From contig MU057477.1 in the NCBI GenBank assembly GCA_013265495.1, positions 185,652-220,669 of the forward strand: DNA of 35,018 nucleotides, read 5' to 3'. Within the stretch, counting starts at the first letter, position 1; each line of letters begins with the position of its first letter. The notes beneath the pieces are model-generated. The model had not been told where the DNA came from and ran no database searches. It saw nothing but the letters and a program-made list of their open reading frames with translations. The DNA comes from Vicugna vicugna (taxonomy: Eukaryota). The position numbers were made by a program, and so were the translations under genes. This document shows, in pieces, positions 25,301 through 35,018 of the stretch.

Positions 25301-28300
25301 TGGCTATTTTGCGCAGGTGAAAAATACCTACAACTTGCATCTTCCTCCAAGGAAAATACTCAAGATAAACAAGTTTGTGATTTATTCAATTCACGGTAAG
25401 TGCTCTGTGGAGAACTGGAGAACTGGGCAGGGGGGTCGATGTTCTTACCGTTCCAGACAGTTTTCCCAGGGTTCTGTACTCTCTCCCTCCACCAGGCTGT
25501 GGATGTGATGTGACTGATTCGGCAGGATGCCACTCTATTTTTTAAAATAAACTTCTTGGTACCAAGTTTTGGATAGTTCTATTCCAGGTGTTAGTAAATT
25601 CTATTCAAGAATGTGGTGTTAGAACAAACTTAAATGAAAACAAACATAATAGAGAACAATCGAGAATGGCCAATGACTTGATTAGAATACTTGTTTTAGT
25701 TCTGTACCTTTAGTTCTGTGCACATTTAAGTGAAATGTGCAAGGCTGGAAGGAGAGCAACAAAAATTAACTGGATGCTTGAGAAACCAGCCCTTTAAGGA
25801 AATACTAAAGTAAATGGGTCAGTTGAAAAAAAAGAGAGGAAGAAACCAATTGTAAATACATACTGAACATAGCGGGAATGTTTGGTTATGGCTATGTATA
25901 TATTTTCATAAAGACTGTAAAAGGAACTGGACTAGGGCAAGAGGCATTTAGACTATTCAATATTAAGAAACATCATGACTAGAAGTCTGAAGAAAGCAAC
26001 GTATCAGCAAGAAAGTTTACAAGTCGCCTAATTTTTTTTTTCTAGAAAGGTAAAGCCATGAGTTTCTAAGTCTAAAAAACTGAACTGTGTCTTTCTTTCC
26101 TCCAGCCTTATAAATTCTGCTTTAGGGGACAGGATTGGACTTAAAGACTTGTCTTTCAAAGAGAAAATCCATTGCAAGATCCAGATGATTCAATATTGAT
26201 GCATTGTTAGCTGGGATAACTTTTTCTCTTTTTAATCCATATTGTTAATTGGTGAGACATTTTGATCTTTGCTCTAACCAGCCTAACTCTTTAATTTCAT
26301 TCAGGCGTTGGAAAAGGTGATGGAAGTGATCTAGAAATACAAATAATGATGAAACGAAAGACTGTCTTTTCCTGTTCAGCTTCCAGATACTGTAAGGTAA
26401 GAGAAAGTATGTGAACTGAACATTCTGGTGTTTGTTTTAAATCCAGATGTCAACTCAGCATATTGACCTCCCCAGACCATTGCTCACCACAGGGAGAGGT
26501 CACGTTGCTCTCTGGTACCATCCAACGTGGTGAGCCTGGATTTGGATTCAAGTCAAGAGCTAAATTAAATTCATTGTTCAAGAATAGTTTTCAGGGCATT
26601 TTCCAGAATACATTTTCAGTTCAGAGAGGTGCTTTGCCTTCACTTTTCTACCAACGCCAGGCATGTTCCCCGAAATCTATCTGAGTTTTAAATTCATAAA
26701 TCTGGTCACTTTTAGTCCTATTCTCTTCTTCTTGATCATTTTATTATATGGCACTGATTCTGAAATCTTAATATGCCTGAAAATAACCAGAGACTTGTAA
26801 AGATGCAGGTTCCTAGGCTGTACCCCAAAAGTGTGATTCAGGAAATCTGGAATGGGGTTTAGGAATCTCTAGACTTAGCAATGACTTCTTAAAGTCAGGG
26901 CTTCCCTTTTTTATTTTCTGCCCGGATGAGCTGTTCATTGCTGTAAGTGGGGTGTGAAAAAATCTCTTACTATTATTGTATTGCTGTCTGTTACTATTAG
27001 CTTTACATATTGAGGTACTTCTGTGTTGGGTGCATAAACATCTTCAAGTGCTATATATCCTCTTGCTGGATTCTTTTATTACTATGTTAATGTTTTTTCG
27101 TCTTTTGTTAAAGCCTTTGTTGTTTTAATTTTTTAATTCTTTTGGATGTTTTTAAAAGTATCGTTGATGTCCAATATTATGTTACAGGTGTACAACATAG
27201 TCACAATTTTTAAAGGTTATATTCCATTTATAGTTATTACAAAATATTGGTTATAGTCCCTGTATTGTTCAATATATCTGTAGCTTATTTCATATGTAAG
27301 TTTCTACCTCTTTGTCCCCTGCCCCTCTTGCCCCACTCCATTACCTCTCCTTGTTGGTAAGTACTAGTTTGTTTTCTATATGAGTCTTTCTTTTCTGCTA
27401 TATTCACTAATTTTATGTTTTAGATTTCACAGGTGATAGGAAACAGTATTTTTCTCTTATTTCTCTTAGCACAATACCTCCAAGTCCATCCACGTTGTTG
27501 CAAATGGCAAGTTTTCATTTTTTATGGCTGTTTAGTACTCCATTGTGTATACCACACCTTCTTGATCCATTTGTCTGTTAATGGACATTAGGTTGCTTCT
27601 TTATCTTGGCCACCGTAAGTAATGCTTCTGTGAACACTGGAGTGCATGTATCTTTTCCAGTTAGTGTCTTTGGTTTAGTGGTGATGACTTCCTTTAGATT
27701 TTGCTTGTCAGGGAAACTCTCTCCTTCAATTGTGAACAGTAACCTTGCCAGATAAGAGTATTCGTGGTTGTGTTTTTGCTCTCAGTACTTCGACTATTTT
27801 GTGCCACTCCCACATGCCCCGCAAAGTTTCTGCTGAAAAATCAGCTGGTAGTCTTGTGTGGGTGTAACTAATTCTCTTTCTGTGCTTTTGCGTCTGATGT
27901 GCTTTTGCTCCCATCTCGTGTGTTACTCATTTCACTTACTGTGTTTTTCAGCTCTGGTTGGTTCATTTTTATATTCTATTCCTCTTTGTTGAGGTTCTCC
28001 CTGTGGTCACTCTTCTCCCAACTTTGGTGGGCATCGTTATGGGCATTACTTTGAGTACTTTTCCAGGTAGGTTACTTATGTCCACTTTGTTTAGTTCTTT
28101 TTCTAAGGTTTTGTCTTGTTCTATCATTCGGAACATAGTCCTCTGCCTCCTCATTTTCCCTAACTCCCTGTGTTTGTTTCTGTGTATTAGGTAGAGCTGG
28201 TCTTGAAAACGTAGCCTTATGCAGGTTTCCTTTGGGACCCAGAAGAGCAATCCCCACTGGTCGCCAGAGCCAGGGCTGTTGTCCTTTTGGGTGCATGGCC

Positions 28301-31300
28301 CTCCTGTTGGAGTGGCACCACAGCTGCTTTAGGTGCACGAGTGGCTGGGCCTGGCCCCCAAGCTTGCCAGCTCCTTTGTGGGCAGGGCTGGCCCATCACA
28401 ACAGTTGCAGGCTCAGTTGAGTGAGACTGCCCCCCACCCCCGCCCAGGGTGGAAGCTGCTTTAGGGGGACAGGCGGTGGTAGTGGGGGCCAGACCCAGTT
28501 GAGAACTCCTGCTGGGTGTGTCAGGATAGGAGTCGCTTTGGAGGGGTGCCAGCTGGGGCCTGGCAAGCAGTGTTCAGATGTTCAAAATGGCCCATCAGTG
28601 CTGGGCCAGCGAGGTGGAGGGAGAATTTCTTAAATGCCTGCCCCTCTGGCACTCACCCTCAAGTTAATGAATCTACTTCACGTGTGGCCTGAGCACTTTT
28701 CCGATGGCTGCTCCTGCCCCAGGATGTGAAGTGAGTTTGTGCCCATGCTCTTTAAGAGTGAAGTCTCGGTTTCCTGCAGCCCTTTGGCTCTCCCGGACAC
28801 AAGCCCTGCTGGTTTTCAACCAGGGATTCATCTTCCCAGTGCGGATGTGGGGTGTCTGATGTGGAGTTCCCACCCCACCACTCCTTAGGGAGAAGTTCCA
28901 TTTTTGTGATATCCCCTCCTGCTTGTGGGGAGCCACACTGGGAGTGTGGGTCCTGATTAGACCACATCCCTGGCCCTCCGACCTGTCTCACTGTTTTTCC
29001 TTCGTATCCTTAGCTGTAGGAGAGCTGTTCTGCTCGTCTTCAGGTCATTCTCAGAGAGGTGTTCTTTAGGTAGTGGTAGTGTTGGCGTGTCCTTGGGAGC
29101 AGGTGAGGACGGCATCTTCCCAACTCCACATCATGATCCCGCCTCGGTCCTCCTCTTCATCTGTACAGATCCTTCCATGCCCAACTCAGTGTCTGCCTCC
29201 TTGGTGAGACCTTCTCATTCTGCACCTCAGTCTACCTCGCTGAAGCACACAACAGCACTCTTAGTCTCCATCATACAGCCTGACACGTAATAATACACCA
29301 TTCTGCTATTGCTCCTCATGTGTTTAACCCCTGGAAGCATCAGCTGCATCTGCACTTTCTTTTCTATTCTTCACAGGGTCTACTGTGGACTCTTCTCATT
29401 GTGGGTACCATTATCATAGAGCAGTAGCTCAATAACAAAGACATACTCAGTATAGCTTCAAAGTCATTCATTCTAGAGACTTGACCTATCTTTGGTCACT
29501 CCATCCATCAATCTGCTATGGTCAAGGCCTATGATCCCATCAGAAAATAGTCTTGATAAAACGTGACCAATCATGCTTTGCTTTTTGAATGTGGATGCTA
29601 GCTTTAAAACTGAGCTGCCTACAGATTCCTAACATAAAAATCAGATGACGCATTCAACAGTAATGGTTTCTTGGTTAAAGTCTAAGTTGAATAATCTTGC
29701 TTTTTAATAGTGCCCCACCATAACCGTCAACCATGCTGACTTTTTAAAAAGGTAAACAAAAGTATTGCAACTTTACAGAAATAATGATTAATATTTATAC
29801 ATGGAGTGATTGGGCCATAAGACCAAGAGTACTTGGTAAGTATAAGAAGCCTCAATAAGTGAACAGGGACTTCACTGTTACCTCATTATCAGCTAGGTTT
29901 ATAGTTCTGAATTCCGTGTGTTTGTTCACAGATAGTTCATGATGCTGAATCAGACACAGTAACAATTAATGTATTCAACTCTCCATTTCTGTATGATGAG
30001 GTGAAAGTGAGGTTTCTCTCTTCGGTGAGTAACCAAGTGGTAACCTATGCTGTTCTTCTTGTCTGGTCTTTTGAATGATTCTGGTTTGGCATTTCCTTTG
30101 CTACAGTTCCCAACAAGGGAGATGACAGATGTCAACCCCTAGCCAGGGAGGGGGAGAAAACCAAGTCACATCCGTAACAAAATTTTTAAAAAGAGCAGAT
30201 GTAATTAAACATCTTTTATGGCTCATCTGGTTTTTTTTTCTCCTAAGTTCTACACAATTTACATGTATTAATTTTCAAATAAGAAAAATACAAAAACCAG
30301 AATGTTTTAAAAAAAAAAAAGTATGTGTTCCTACATTGCGGTGATCACATTTTTGTTTTGTGTCTTTAAAACACATTGCTCCCCACAATTCAGAAAACAC
30401 TTTGAGGGAGATTTTTGTTTCCTCTCAATTGATATATAATTCATTTTAAATAGTATATTTAATCCAATATTTTCCTTATGAAAAATAAGAATGTCTGCCA
30501 TTGTCATCACTCTGAATATCATGAGGGTATAATTTATATTGACCTGTCCTAAAATGTATGCCTGAGTATTATTCTGTATGCAGCACATTTCTAAGCCTCA
30601 AATCGTCTCATTTTCCTATTAAGTCATCAGTCAGAACTGCCAACAAGTAACTGTGTTGGTCAATGTAAAGCGTATTTGCTGTGCCCTCCTTCATCCCCTG
30701 CTTGCTCCCTGTTGGAGAACTTACTATGTTTGAAGTGGTAAACGTGTTGAAGCCAGTGACCTGGGTAGTTCCATGTTGGACGGGTTGCCCCTTGAATAAT
30801 GGAGCCAGTCTGAACTGCCCTCATCAGTGTTTTTCTAAGCAGAAGCGCTGGTGTAAGGGGCACTAGCCAAGAGGGTGCTGGTAATATCTGGCCTTTGTGA
30901 TTTTTAAGGGCCATGAGGTAAAAGCACTTTAAGAAATTGTAGGTACTTCTATAATCAGTAATGGTTAACCATCCAGTATAGCTATGGATACTACATTGGG
31001 GCATGAATAGGTCCTTAGTATCTGTTTAGCGCTATCCAAACCAGATTGAAAGACCAGTGTCTAACTTTATGAATACCTATCATAGAAGAAATACATTTTC
31101 TTAAAAATTTTTGCTAGATAGGGCAAGAGGAAGGAATAGCAATCTCTCAAAGCCTCCTCCTTGATGTCGTGAGTGTAATGTTATAAACTGTAAATGCTGC
31201 ATTTTCAATAGCTACAGGTATCTGGTGAACATACAAATGAATAAAGAAAGCAATTTTAATCCCTTTGGAATGATTAGTTCTTGGTATCAATTTTACTGTG

Positions 31301-33075
31301 AAAAATAACCTTTTTTTTTAAACCATGTCTTTTTTAGGCTCTTCCTCGATACTATGACAATTGTCCATTTTACTTTTGGTTCCATACATCTTTCATACAA
31401 GATAACAGGTACGACTATGATCTAATCCAGTAGAAACAGCCTAATCCTCCATGTCTTTATAACGCATAATGGAAAGCCTTTTACAGACTGCCATAAACTC
31501 AATTTATAGAAACAAAAAAAAAAATCCTCAAGATACCAATCTTCACTGCCTTGCTTATCGCGATCTGGTTTTTAAAATATGGTTATTCTTGAGACCCACT
31601 GTTGCATTATCCTCAAGGCCCATGCCAAGGGGCTGTGCTATACATTAAAACACACTATAATCAGATCTTGAGTGTGGTAATAAATCCCTCCCATGGAAGT
31701 TTAATATGAGTCTGCTCAGTACCTTGAATACGGCAGGTCCTCAGTGTGTGCTGATGTACTGGTAACTGACTAACATCAAATTCTATCTCAAAGTAAGGCA
31801 TCGTCCAGGGAGGCTTCAGTTATTCTAGAAGCTGACTGACACATTTATATCTAGGGCAGAAGTTGTAAGACACAGTAAGTATCAATGAAGACAGCTTTGA
31901 AAATCATTAATAGTCTCTCATTTAAAATGATTCTAAAAACTGAGTAATTTTTTTTAAAGTAATTATTTGAAAATTTTCCCAAAGAACTTCTACTATATCT
32001 GGAAACTCACTCCTAAATCTACAAGTTCCCCACTTTGAGTATTTGTTCTGTGGTGCTGAAAAGTTGAGATGATTTTTTAGCACCATACCATCCAATACAA
32101 AAGGAAAAATATTCCAAAAATCATACAGGTGAGTTTTTGAAGTGGCTGTGATTGTATGTGGCGTATATATAATAGTTCTTATGACATACAATACTAGCCT
32201 TTTCTTAAAGTGTGAACTTCACCTAATTCCACCTCAAGTCCAGAAAGGCAACAGTGAAAGAACAGCTGGCCCACACACCTATAATGCACACACTGTTAGT
32301 GGATTTTGACAGAGTGAACTTTGAATTTGAAGGAACGTTTTTACCAATTTTTCTCCCTAAATGTATACAAACTTTGACTCAGTCCGAGCAAAGTCCCTCA
32401 AATAGATAATGGGGTGAAACTTCATTTGGTGCTACACCTTCCTCAGAACTGGTCCTTGCTAAAGGACAGCTTTTTTTTTTTCCTTTTAAAACACTGTTCA
32501 TATATTGGAGGGGCAACAAACTAGATCACATTTCTCATTTTTATGGTTTATAAAGATTTAGCTTTTATAAATTTACCATACTACTTGGCAAAGTTGTTTC
32601 TGTTAGTTATGGAGACTGTTAATTTGCCCCAAATGCCAACTTCATCATTTAAAAGGCACTCATTTTGTTACTGGGTTTTAATATACATCTAGTCTGCTGT
32701 CACATATAGAAATTAAACCCAGATGTTAATTCCTTAAAAGGCAATATTAAAAGAATCAGCAGCACACTGTCACTGAAGGTTATGACATTCCGTGTCTTAA
32801 TAGAGAAAGTGGGAGAGCTGGCTCTTAGAAAGCTAACCGGACACCAAGAAGGGGCTGAGACTAAAGGTGACCAGCAAGGCTATTTTTTTTTTTTTTTAAT
32901 TCTAACAAGGGTATCCAGCAGGGCTTTCCTGTTAGCCCTAAAATGTAATTTTTTTTTCTATTCTAGGTTATATCTTTCAAGAAATGAACTGGATAATCCT
33001 CATAAGCCAAAAACATGGAAAATTTATGATTCAGATTTTGCAGTCGAGGTGTGTTTTGATGAAATTAAGTTGTAG
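2018..33075 (+). CDS. TPTE2: Spliced gene span, 5'-incomplete: voltage-sensing phosphoinositide phosphatase TPTE2/TPIP (VSP); 17 exons, about 513 codons plus stop
   Basis: 17 exons with AG/GT boundaries and matching phases. Translation contains [67 protein letters not shown] and RNELDNPHK, plus four N-terminal TM segments that PTEN lacks. Confidence 0.96.
2022..2126 (+). repeat. Coding tandem repeat, 3 units of 33/36/36 bp
   Basis: GGAACAGCTCTCCA core recurs in units starting at 2022, 2055 and 2091. Confidence 0.92.
4127..4177 (+). CDS. TPTE2: Exon, pre-S1 helix ([16 protein letters not shown])
   Basis: ttcttttcgtag acceptor, AG|gtatgt donor, 51 nt; IVSSFAF motif. Confidence 0.93.
4967..5555 (+). 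mobile_element. L1 3' end fragment
   Basis: Motifs aatgtccatcaacagatgaatggataaag, tactcagccataaaa, gcaacatggatggacctagag and ttgtaaatcaactata. Confidence 0.9.
5937..6098 (+). CDS. TPTE2: Exon, S1-S2 ([54 protein letters not shown])
   Basis: ttgtag acceptor, GG|gtaagt donor, 162 nt; two hydrophobic helices with conserved Asp residues. Confidence 0.95.
7367..7486 (+). CDS. TPTE2: Exon, S3 ([39 protein letters not shown])
   Basis: ttgcag acceptor, AA|gtaaga donor, 120 nt; FNxLD motif; lies in ORF 7296..7490. Confidence 0.95.
7880..8026 (-). mobile_element. tRNA-derived SINE, Vic-1-like (camelid)
   Basis: Reverse complement reads TAGCTCAGTGGTAGAGCG (A box), GGGCTCAATCCCC (B box), AAATAAATAAACCTAATT; 19-bp TSD at 7861-7879 and 8027-8045 with 2 mismatches. 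Confidence 0.88.
8440..8557. mobile_element. MER5-like hAT MITE remnant
   Basis: cccaccctagacctactgaatcag and gagaagcactg motifs. Confidence 0.55.
8801..9047. mobile_element. MER20-like hAT-Charlie MITE
   Basis: Motifs tttcaacct-gcactactga, gcagcatccctggcctctac-cactagatgc, aaaaatgtctctggac and ctggttaagagccactg. Confidence 0.8.
9116..9215 (+). CDS. TPTE2: Exon, S4 and linker ([33 protein letters not shown])
   Basis: gttag acceptor, ATC|gtaagt donor, 100 nt; RxxR gating-charge pattern. Confidence 0.95.
9346..9409 (+). CDS. TPTE2: Exon, phosphoinositide-binding motif ([21 protein letters not shown])
   Basis: ctcag acceptor, G|gtttgt donor, 64 nt; PTEN-family signature. Confidence 0.97.
10169..10233 (+). 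CDS. TPTE2: Exon ([22 protein letters not shown])
   Basis: ttccag acceptor, AAG|gtaagg donor, 65 nt. Confidence 0.97.
10368..10850. mobile_element. MLT1-like (ERVL-MaLR) solo LTR
   Basis: Motifs ttagcttttgctgtg-acaaaccac-caaaactta, tagctcatga, ctgggtggttctgctg and tggccatttt. Confidence 0.7.
11570..11930. repeat. TA-rich low-complexity tract
   Basis: Degenerate (TA)n/(TATAA)n, almost free of G and C. Confidence 0.9.
12100..12885 (-). pseudogene. PPP4R2: 5'-truncated, decayed PPP4R2 retrocopy (C-terminal coding part plus start of 3' UTR)
   Basis: Minus-strand peptides [24 protein letters not shown] (12638-12670), NQEKESDG (12475-12498) and GEVLSESS (12315-12338) match the recalled PPP4R2 C-terminus in order, with stops and frameshifts. 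Left boundary approximate. Confidence 0.85.
12950..13750 (-). mobile_element. L1 3' end fragment
   Basis: Motifs agattccacatatgagtgaaatcat, tccatccatgttgttgcaaatggc, ttccatagtggctgc and gttcccttt-ctccacatcc. Confidence 0.9.
13307..13352. repeat. (TG)23 microsatellite
   Basis: Perfect dinucleotide run inside the L1. Confidence 0.95.
13985..14392 (-). mobile_element. Old L1M 3' UTR fragment
   Basis: Degenerate motifs cagtagtttgttcctttt-attgctg and ttctcctattgatggac. Confidence 0.6.
14470..15340 (-). mobile_element. Decayed class I ERV internal fragment (pol RNase H to integrase)
   Basis: Minus-strand peptides [10 protein letters not shown] (15200-15229), [26 protein letters not shown] (14541-14573) and EYVLVIAC (14509-14532) resemble gammaretroviral DSRYAFGVVH, RGFLTS-IKNG and LQMDFIQLP motifs. 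Confidence 0.75.
16512..16572 (+). CDS. TPTE2: Exon ([20 protein letters not shown])
   Basis: ttttgtag acceptor, A|gtatgt donor, 61 nt. Confidence 0.97.
17338..17419 (+). CDS. TPTE2: Exon, D-loop ([27 protein letters not shown])
   Basis: tttcag acceptor, AT|gtaagt donor, 82 nt. Confidence 0.97.
17523..17611 (+). CDS. TPTE2: Exon, catalytic P-loop first half ([29 protein letters not shown])
   Basis: aatcag acceptor, G|gtaaaa donor, 89 nt. Confidence 0.97.
17800..17985 (+). mobile_element. Short L1 3' end, same family as 1568-1884
   Basis: Similar to 1701-1880, with a poly(A) tail; perfect 14-bp TSD AAAGAAGGGAGGAA at 17786-17799 and 17986-17999. Confidence 0.88.
18100..18830 (-). mobile_element. 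Old L1 ORF2 fragment
   Basis: T-rich antisense L1 motifs ttttcaaagaaccca, tgtggtcagagaaca and ctttgaaatttgtt-agacttg-tttatggcccag. Confidence 0.75.
19193..19334 (-). mobile_element. tRNA-derived SINE, Vic-1-like (camelid)
   Basis: Reverse complement GGGGAGGGGATAGCTCGGTGGTAGAGCG, then GGGTTCAATCCCCAGTACCTCC and an A-rich tail; TSD CAA(A/G)TATAAAT at 19182-19192 and 19335-19345. Confidence 0.9.
20497..20558 (+). CDS. TPTE2: Exon, P-loop second half ([21 protein letters not shown])
   Basis: ttctag acceptor, GAG|gtatgg donor, 62 nt. Confidence 0.97.
21485..21712. mobile_element. MER103-like hAT MITE
   Basis: Motifs gtgggtcgc, gaaatcaatt, gtgaccagca, aatagaatag, ggtaagtactgttt and aagtttgaaagccgctg. 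Confidence 0.6.
21713..21882 (+). mobile_element. MIR SINE remnant
   Basis: Core ctcagttgttttcatttgtaaaatgg and tail gatgatctctgaggtc-ccagctct. Confidence 0.7.
22070..22150 (+). CDS. TPTE2: Exon, TI/gating loop ([27 protein letters not shown])
   Basis: tctgcag acceptor, CAG|gtaagt donor, 81 nt. Confidence 0.97.
22730..23255 (-). mobile_element. Old L1MC-like 3' UTR fragments
   Basis: Motifs aaatcccagacatca, tcaggatccaaacaagg and ttgggttgctatgtctct. Confidence 0.6.
23270..23430 (-). mobile_element. MIR SINE remnant
   Basis: Motifs ctcatttaat and cccattctacagaatgggaaattgaggctcagaga. Confidence 0.75.
25290..25395 (+). CDS. TPTE2: Exon, phosphatase/C2 junction ([35 protein letters not shown])
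   Basis: ttgcag acceptor, G|gtaagt donor, 106 nt; lies in ORF 25284..25508. Confidence 0.96.
25534..25611. repeat. Arm 1 of a 78-bp inverted duplication (partner 34941-35018)
   Basis: Reverse complement of 34941-35018 with 1 mismatch. Confidence 0.95.
26305..26396 (+). CDS. TPTE2: Exon, C2 domain ([31 protein letters not shown])
   Basis: ttcag acceptor, AAG|gtaaga donor, 92 nt. Confidence 0.94.
26755..26890. mobile_element. MER5-like hAT MITE remnant
   Basis: Motifs atgcaggttcctaggc and tgattcag-aaatctggaatggggt-aggaatct. Confidence 0.55.
26920..29130 (-). mobile_element. Composite L1: ORF2 start (~26920-27125), a separate L1 3' end (~27126-27680), deleted ORF1 (~27680-28200) and GC-rich 5' UTR (~28200-29130)
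   Basis: ORFs 27969..28250 ([21 protein letters not shown]) and 27726..27914 ([16 protein letters not shown]) are L1 ORF1p-like; 3' UTR motifs such as gtccatccacgttgttgcaaatggcaag occur at ~27484. Confidence 0.85.
29932..30024 (+). CDS. TPTE2: Exon, C2 domain ([31 protein letters not shown])
   Basis: ttcacag acceptor, TCG|gtgagt donor, 93 nt. Confidence 0.95.
31338..31408 (+). CDS. TPTE2: Exon, C2 domain ([23 protein letters not shown])
   Basis: tttttag acceptor, AG|gtacga donor, 71 nt. Confidence 0.97.
32967..33075 (+). CDS. TPTE2: Terminal coding exon ([36 protein letters not shown])
   Basis: ttctag acceptor; TAG at 33073-33075; 3' end of ORF 32782..33075. Confidence 0.96.
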
Positions 33076-33219
33076 TTATAACCAGCAGTATCTGATTAAG
33101 TGTAGTCCCCACTTCTAGGATAGAATCGTAGTCTTCCCAATCCTTTCTACATATTTATAGCTTTTAAACCTGTTTCCTTACTGATATATTTATGTAATGT
33201 ACATGTTCTTGATACATCT

Positions 33220-33225
33220 ATTAAA
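33220..33225 (+). terminator. Candidate polyadenylation signal ATTAAA of TPTE2
   Basis: First common poly(A) hexamer after the stop, about 145 nt downstream, in AT-rich context. Confidence 0.55.
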
Positions 33226-34940
33226 TATATATACAAAGAATGTCAGCGGCGGTATCTTTTTTGAAGGAACATATACATTGTTATACAGAGTTTTCATCTG
33301 TATGGAGATAAATTTGAAACAGTACACAGAACCATCAGTTACCACTTTTAAGAACTCAAAATGTTCATATAAAAATTGAGATATTTAAAAAATTAATTTC
33401 CCCCAATACTTTGGGTTTACTTCATTTGCTTATATTTTTTGGACAAGTATGTATCCCCTGCTTTGTTTCACATTTATAATTTCAGATATTAGACCGGCAA
33501 TTTCTAACTCCTTCCTCTACTTGACTTCCAAACTGTTAAGCATCAGAACGGCAGCAAAGACTGTTTTAAAACCCGGAGGAATGTTCACACCAGCAGCCTC
33601 CCACCCTCAACACACGCTTTTCTCTTGCTCGCCAAGCACTACACAAAGCTTAGCAAGCTTCCTTTAATTACACACACAACTTCGGGGAGGTCAGAGAATG
33701 TTGGTAAACATGAAGGATAAAGACTCTTCCGGACCTTCTGCTTTTGTGTAACATCACAAGTGAAATCAAAGGAATTATTTCCACAGAGGAATCTAGCTTT
33801 TAAACCCCACCACCCCTGCTCCAAACCAGCTTCACCTAAGCTTGGGAAACTCTGCAATAAGGTCACCCTTTCACATAGACACTGGTTAGTCCTGTGCCCA
33901 CAGGGAATCATTTTCTCTTTGGTTCCAGGTGCCATTTTATTCTAAGTGCCTTTGCTGCCACTGTATCTTAAGGCCATAATTGGCCTTGAAAATAGTTCTA
34001 TGTTGCCTTTCTTAGAATTATCCTTGTTTGAGTGATTTTCCTGTCATTGGCAAGGCTCGCAACAATCAAGCCCATGAAAGGTAGCAACCAGTGAGAACCG
34101 GTGCCTCTGCTGAAACACAGGATACTCATTCCTGAGAAACCTTGCATTTTGCAAAAAGCACATGTTAACAAAATGGTTTTGTGGGGAAACAGTTTGGGGC
34201 AGGACACTCCCACTAAACGTCGTAACAACACACTAACAAAACACTTGCTGCTCAGGTTGGCAGCGCCAGAAGGTCTGGAGGAGGCATTTTTTTAAGGGGA
34301 ACTAGAGTGATACTTTACAGAGAAGGGCTGGCAGGTGCCAACCTGGCAGAGACGGGTAGAGAGCTCCCAGCTGCCACCGTGCTGGCATGCAAAGCCAGGT
34401 AGGTATTTTTCTCTCCTGCAAAAGCTGACAGATGGTCCCAGCTGCCAGTGCAGCAGCCCAGCTGAAGGCATTTTGCTTTTCTCACAGAAGTTATCATTCT
34501 ACTCCCCATAACATGATTCCCCTTGGAGGAAAAGATCGTGGAGGAGCATGCTTTCAAAAGTTACAGAAACGTGTTCCTTTAAAATTCATGCAGCAATAAT
34601 CCGTGGAGGGCAGATCAACTGGCCGGCTTAGGTGAATGGGGGAAAAAAAAACTTCACTGGCTTGGTGAGGAGTAAGATCTTAATACTGGCAAAAATTGGG
34701 GAACCCCAACTTTTAAGAATCTTGTTTTAAATAAAGATGACAACTGGGATTTCTCTTCCCTGGCCCTCCAAGATGCATCGAAATTTCTGGCAATTATGAG
34801 TCGTCACACCTTTCTGCTTTTGCTCATAAAGAGAACTTACTCAGGGCCTCCTATGTGGTTGCTTTCCTGGAGCCCAATGTGAATAATTCATTGAACAACT
34901 TAAGAAACTTACACTGTAATCTATCAAAACGATACTGGTT

Positions 34941-35018
34941 TTCTTGAATAGAATTTACTAACACCTGGAATAAAACTATCCAAAACTTGGTACCAAGAAG
35001 TTTATTTTAAAAAATAGA
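34941..35018. repeat. Arm 2 of the inverted duplication, cut by the window edge
   Basis: Reverse complement of 25534-25611 with 1 mismatch. Confidence 0.95.

Noticed and set aside
25700..26140. Possible CR1/L3 LINE remnant
   Set aside because: Similarity too faint to call by eye; needs RepeatMasker.
26305..26330. GVGKGDGS segment longer than in recalled human TPTE2
   Set aside because: Matches the form recalled for non-primate VSPs, so probably ancestral rather than novel.
27726..28991. Several 60-93 aa ORFs
   Set aside because: Remnants of L1 ORF1 and 5' UTR, not host genes.

Overview
Mammalian genomic DNA, most likely camelid because it carries two Vic-1-type tRNA-derived SINEs. It holds almost all of a + strand voltage-sensing phosphatase gene (TPTE2/TPIP, PTEN family). 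I mapped 17 GT-AG coding exons by eye from 2018 to the TAG ending at 33075. They total 1543 nt, join in phase with no stop or frameshift, and encode an S1-S4 voltage-sensor domain, a phosphatase domain with an intact HCKGGKGR motif, and a C2 domain. A probable upstream 54-nt exon (904-957) has GG where its AG acceptor should be, and the true start codon is not securely located. The introns contain a decayed PPP4R2 retrocopy, an ERV pol fragment, L1 pieces, SINEs, MIRs, a MaLR LTR and hAT MITEs. The most unusual observations are a 78-bp near-perfect inverted duplication 9.3 kb apart that runs off the window edge, a coding tandem repeat expanding the acidic N-terminus, the GG acceptor, and an AT-rich quasi-palindrome. 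I see no evidence for a previously undescribed biological system. All family assignments are from recall, not database searches.
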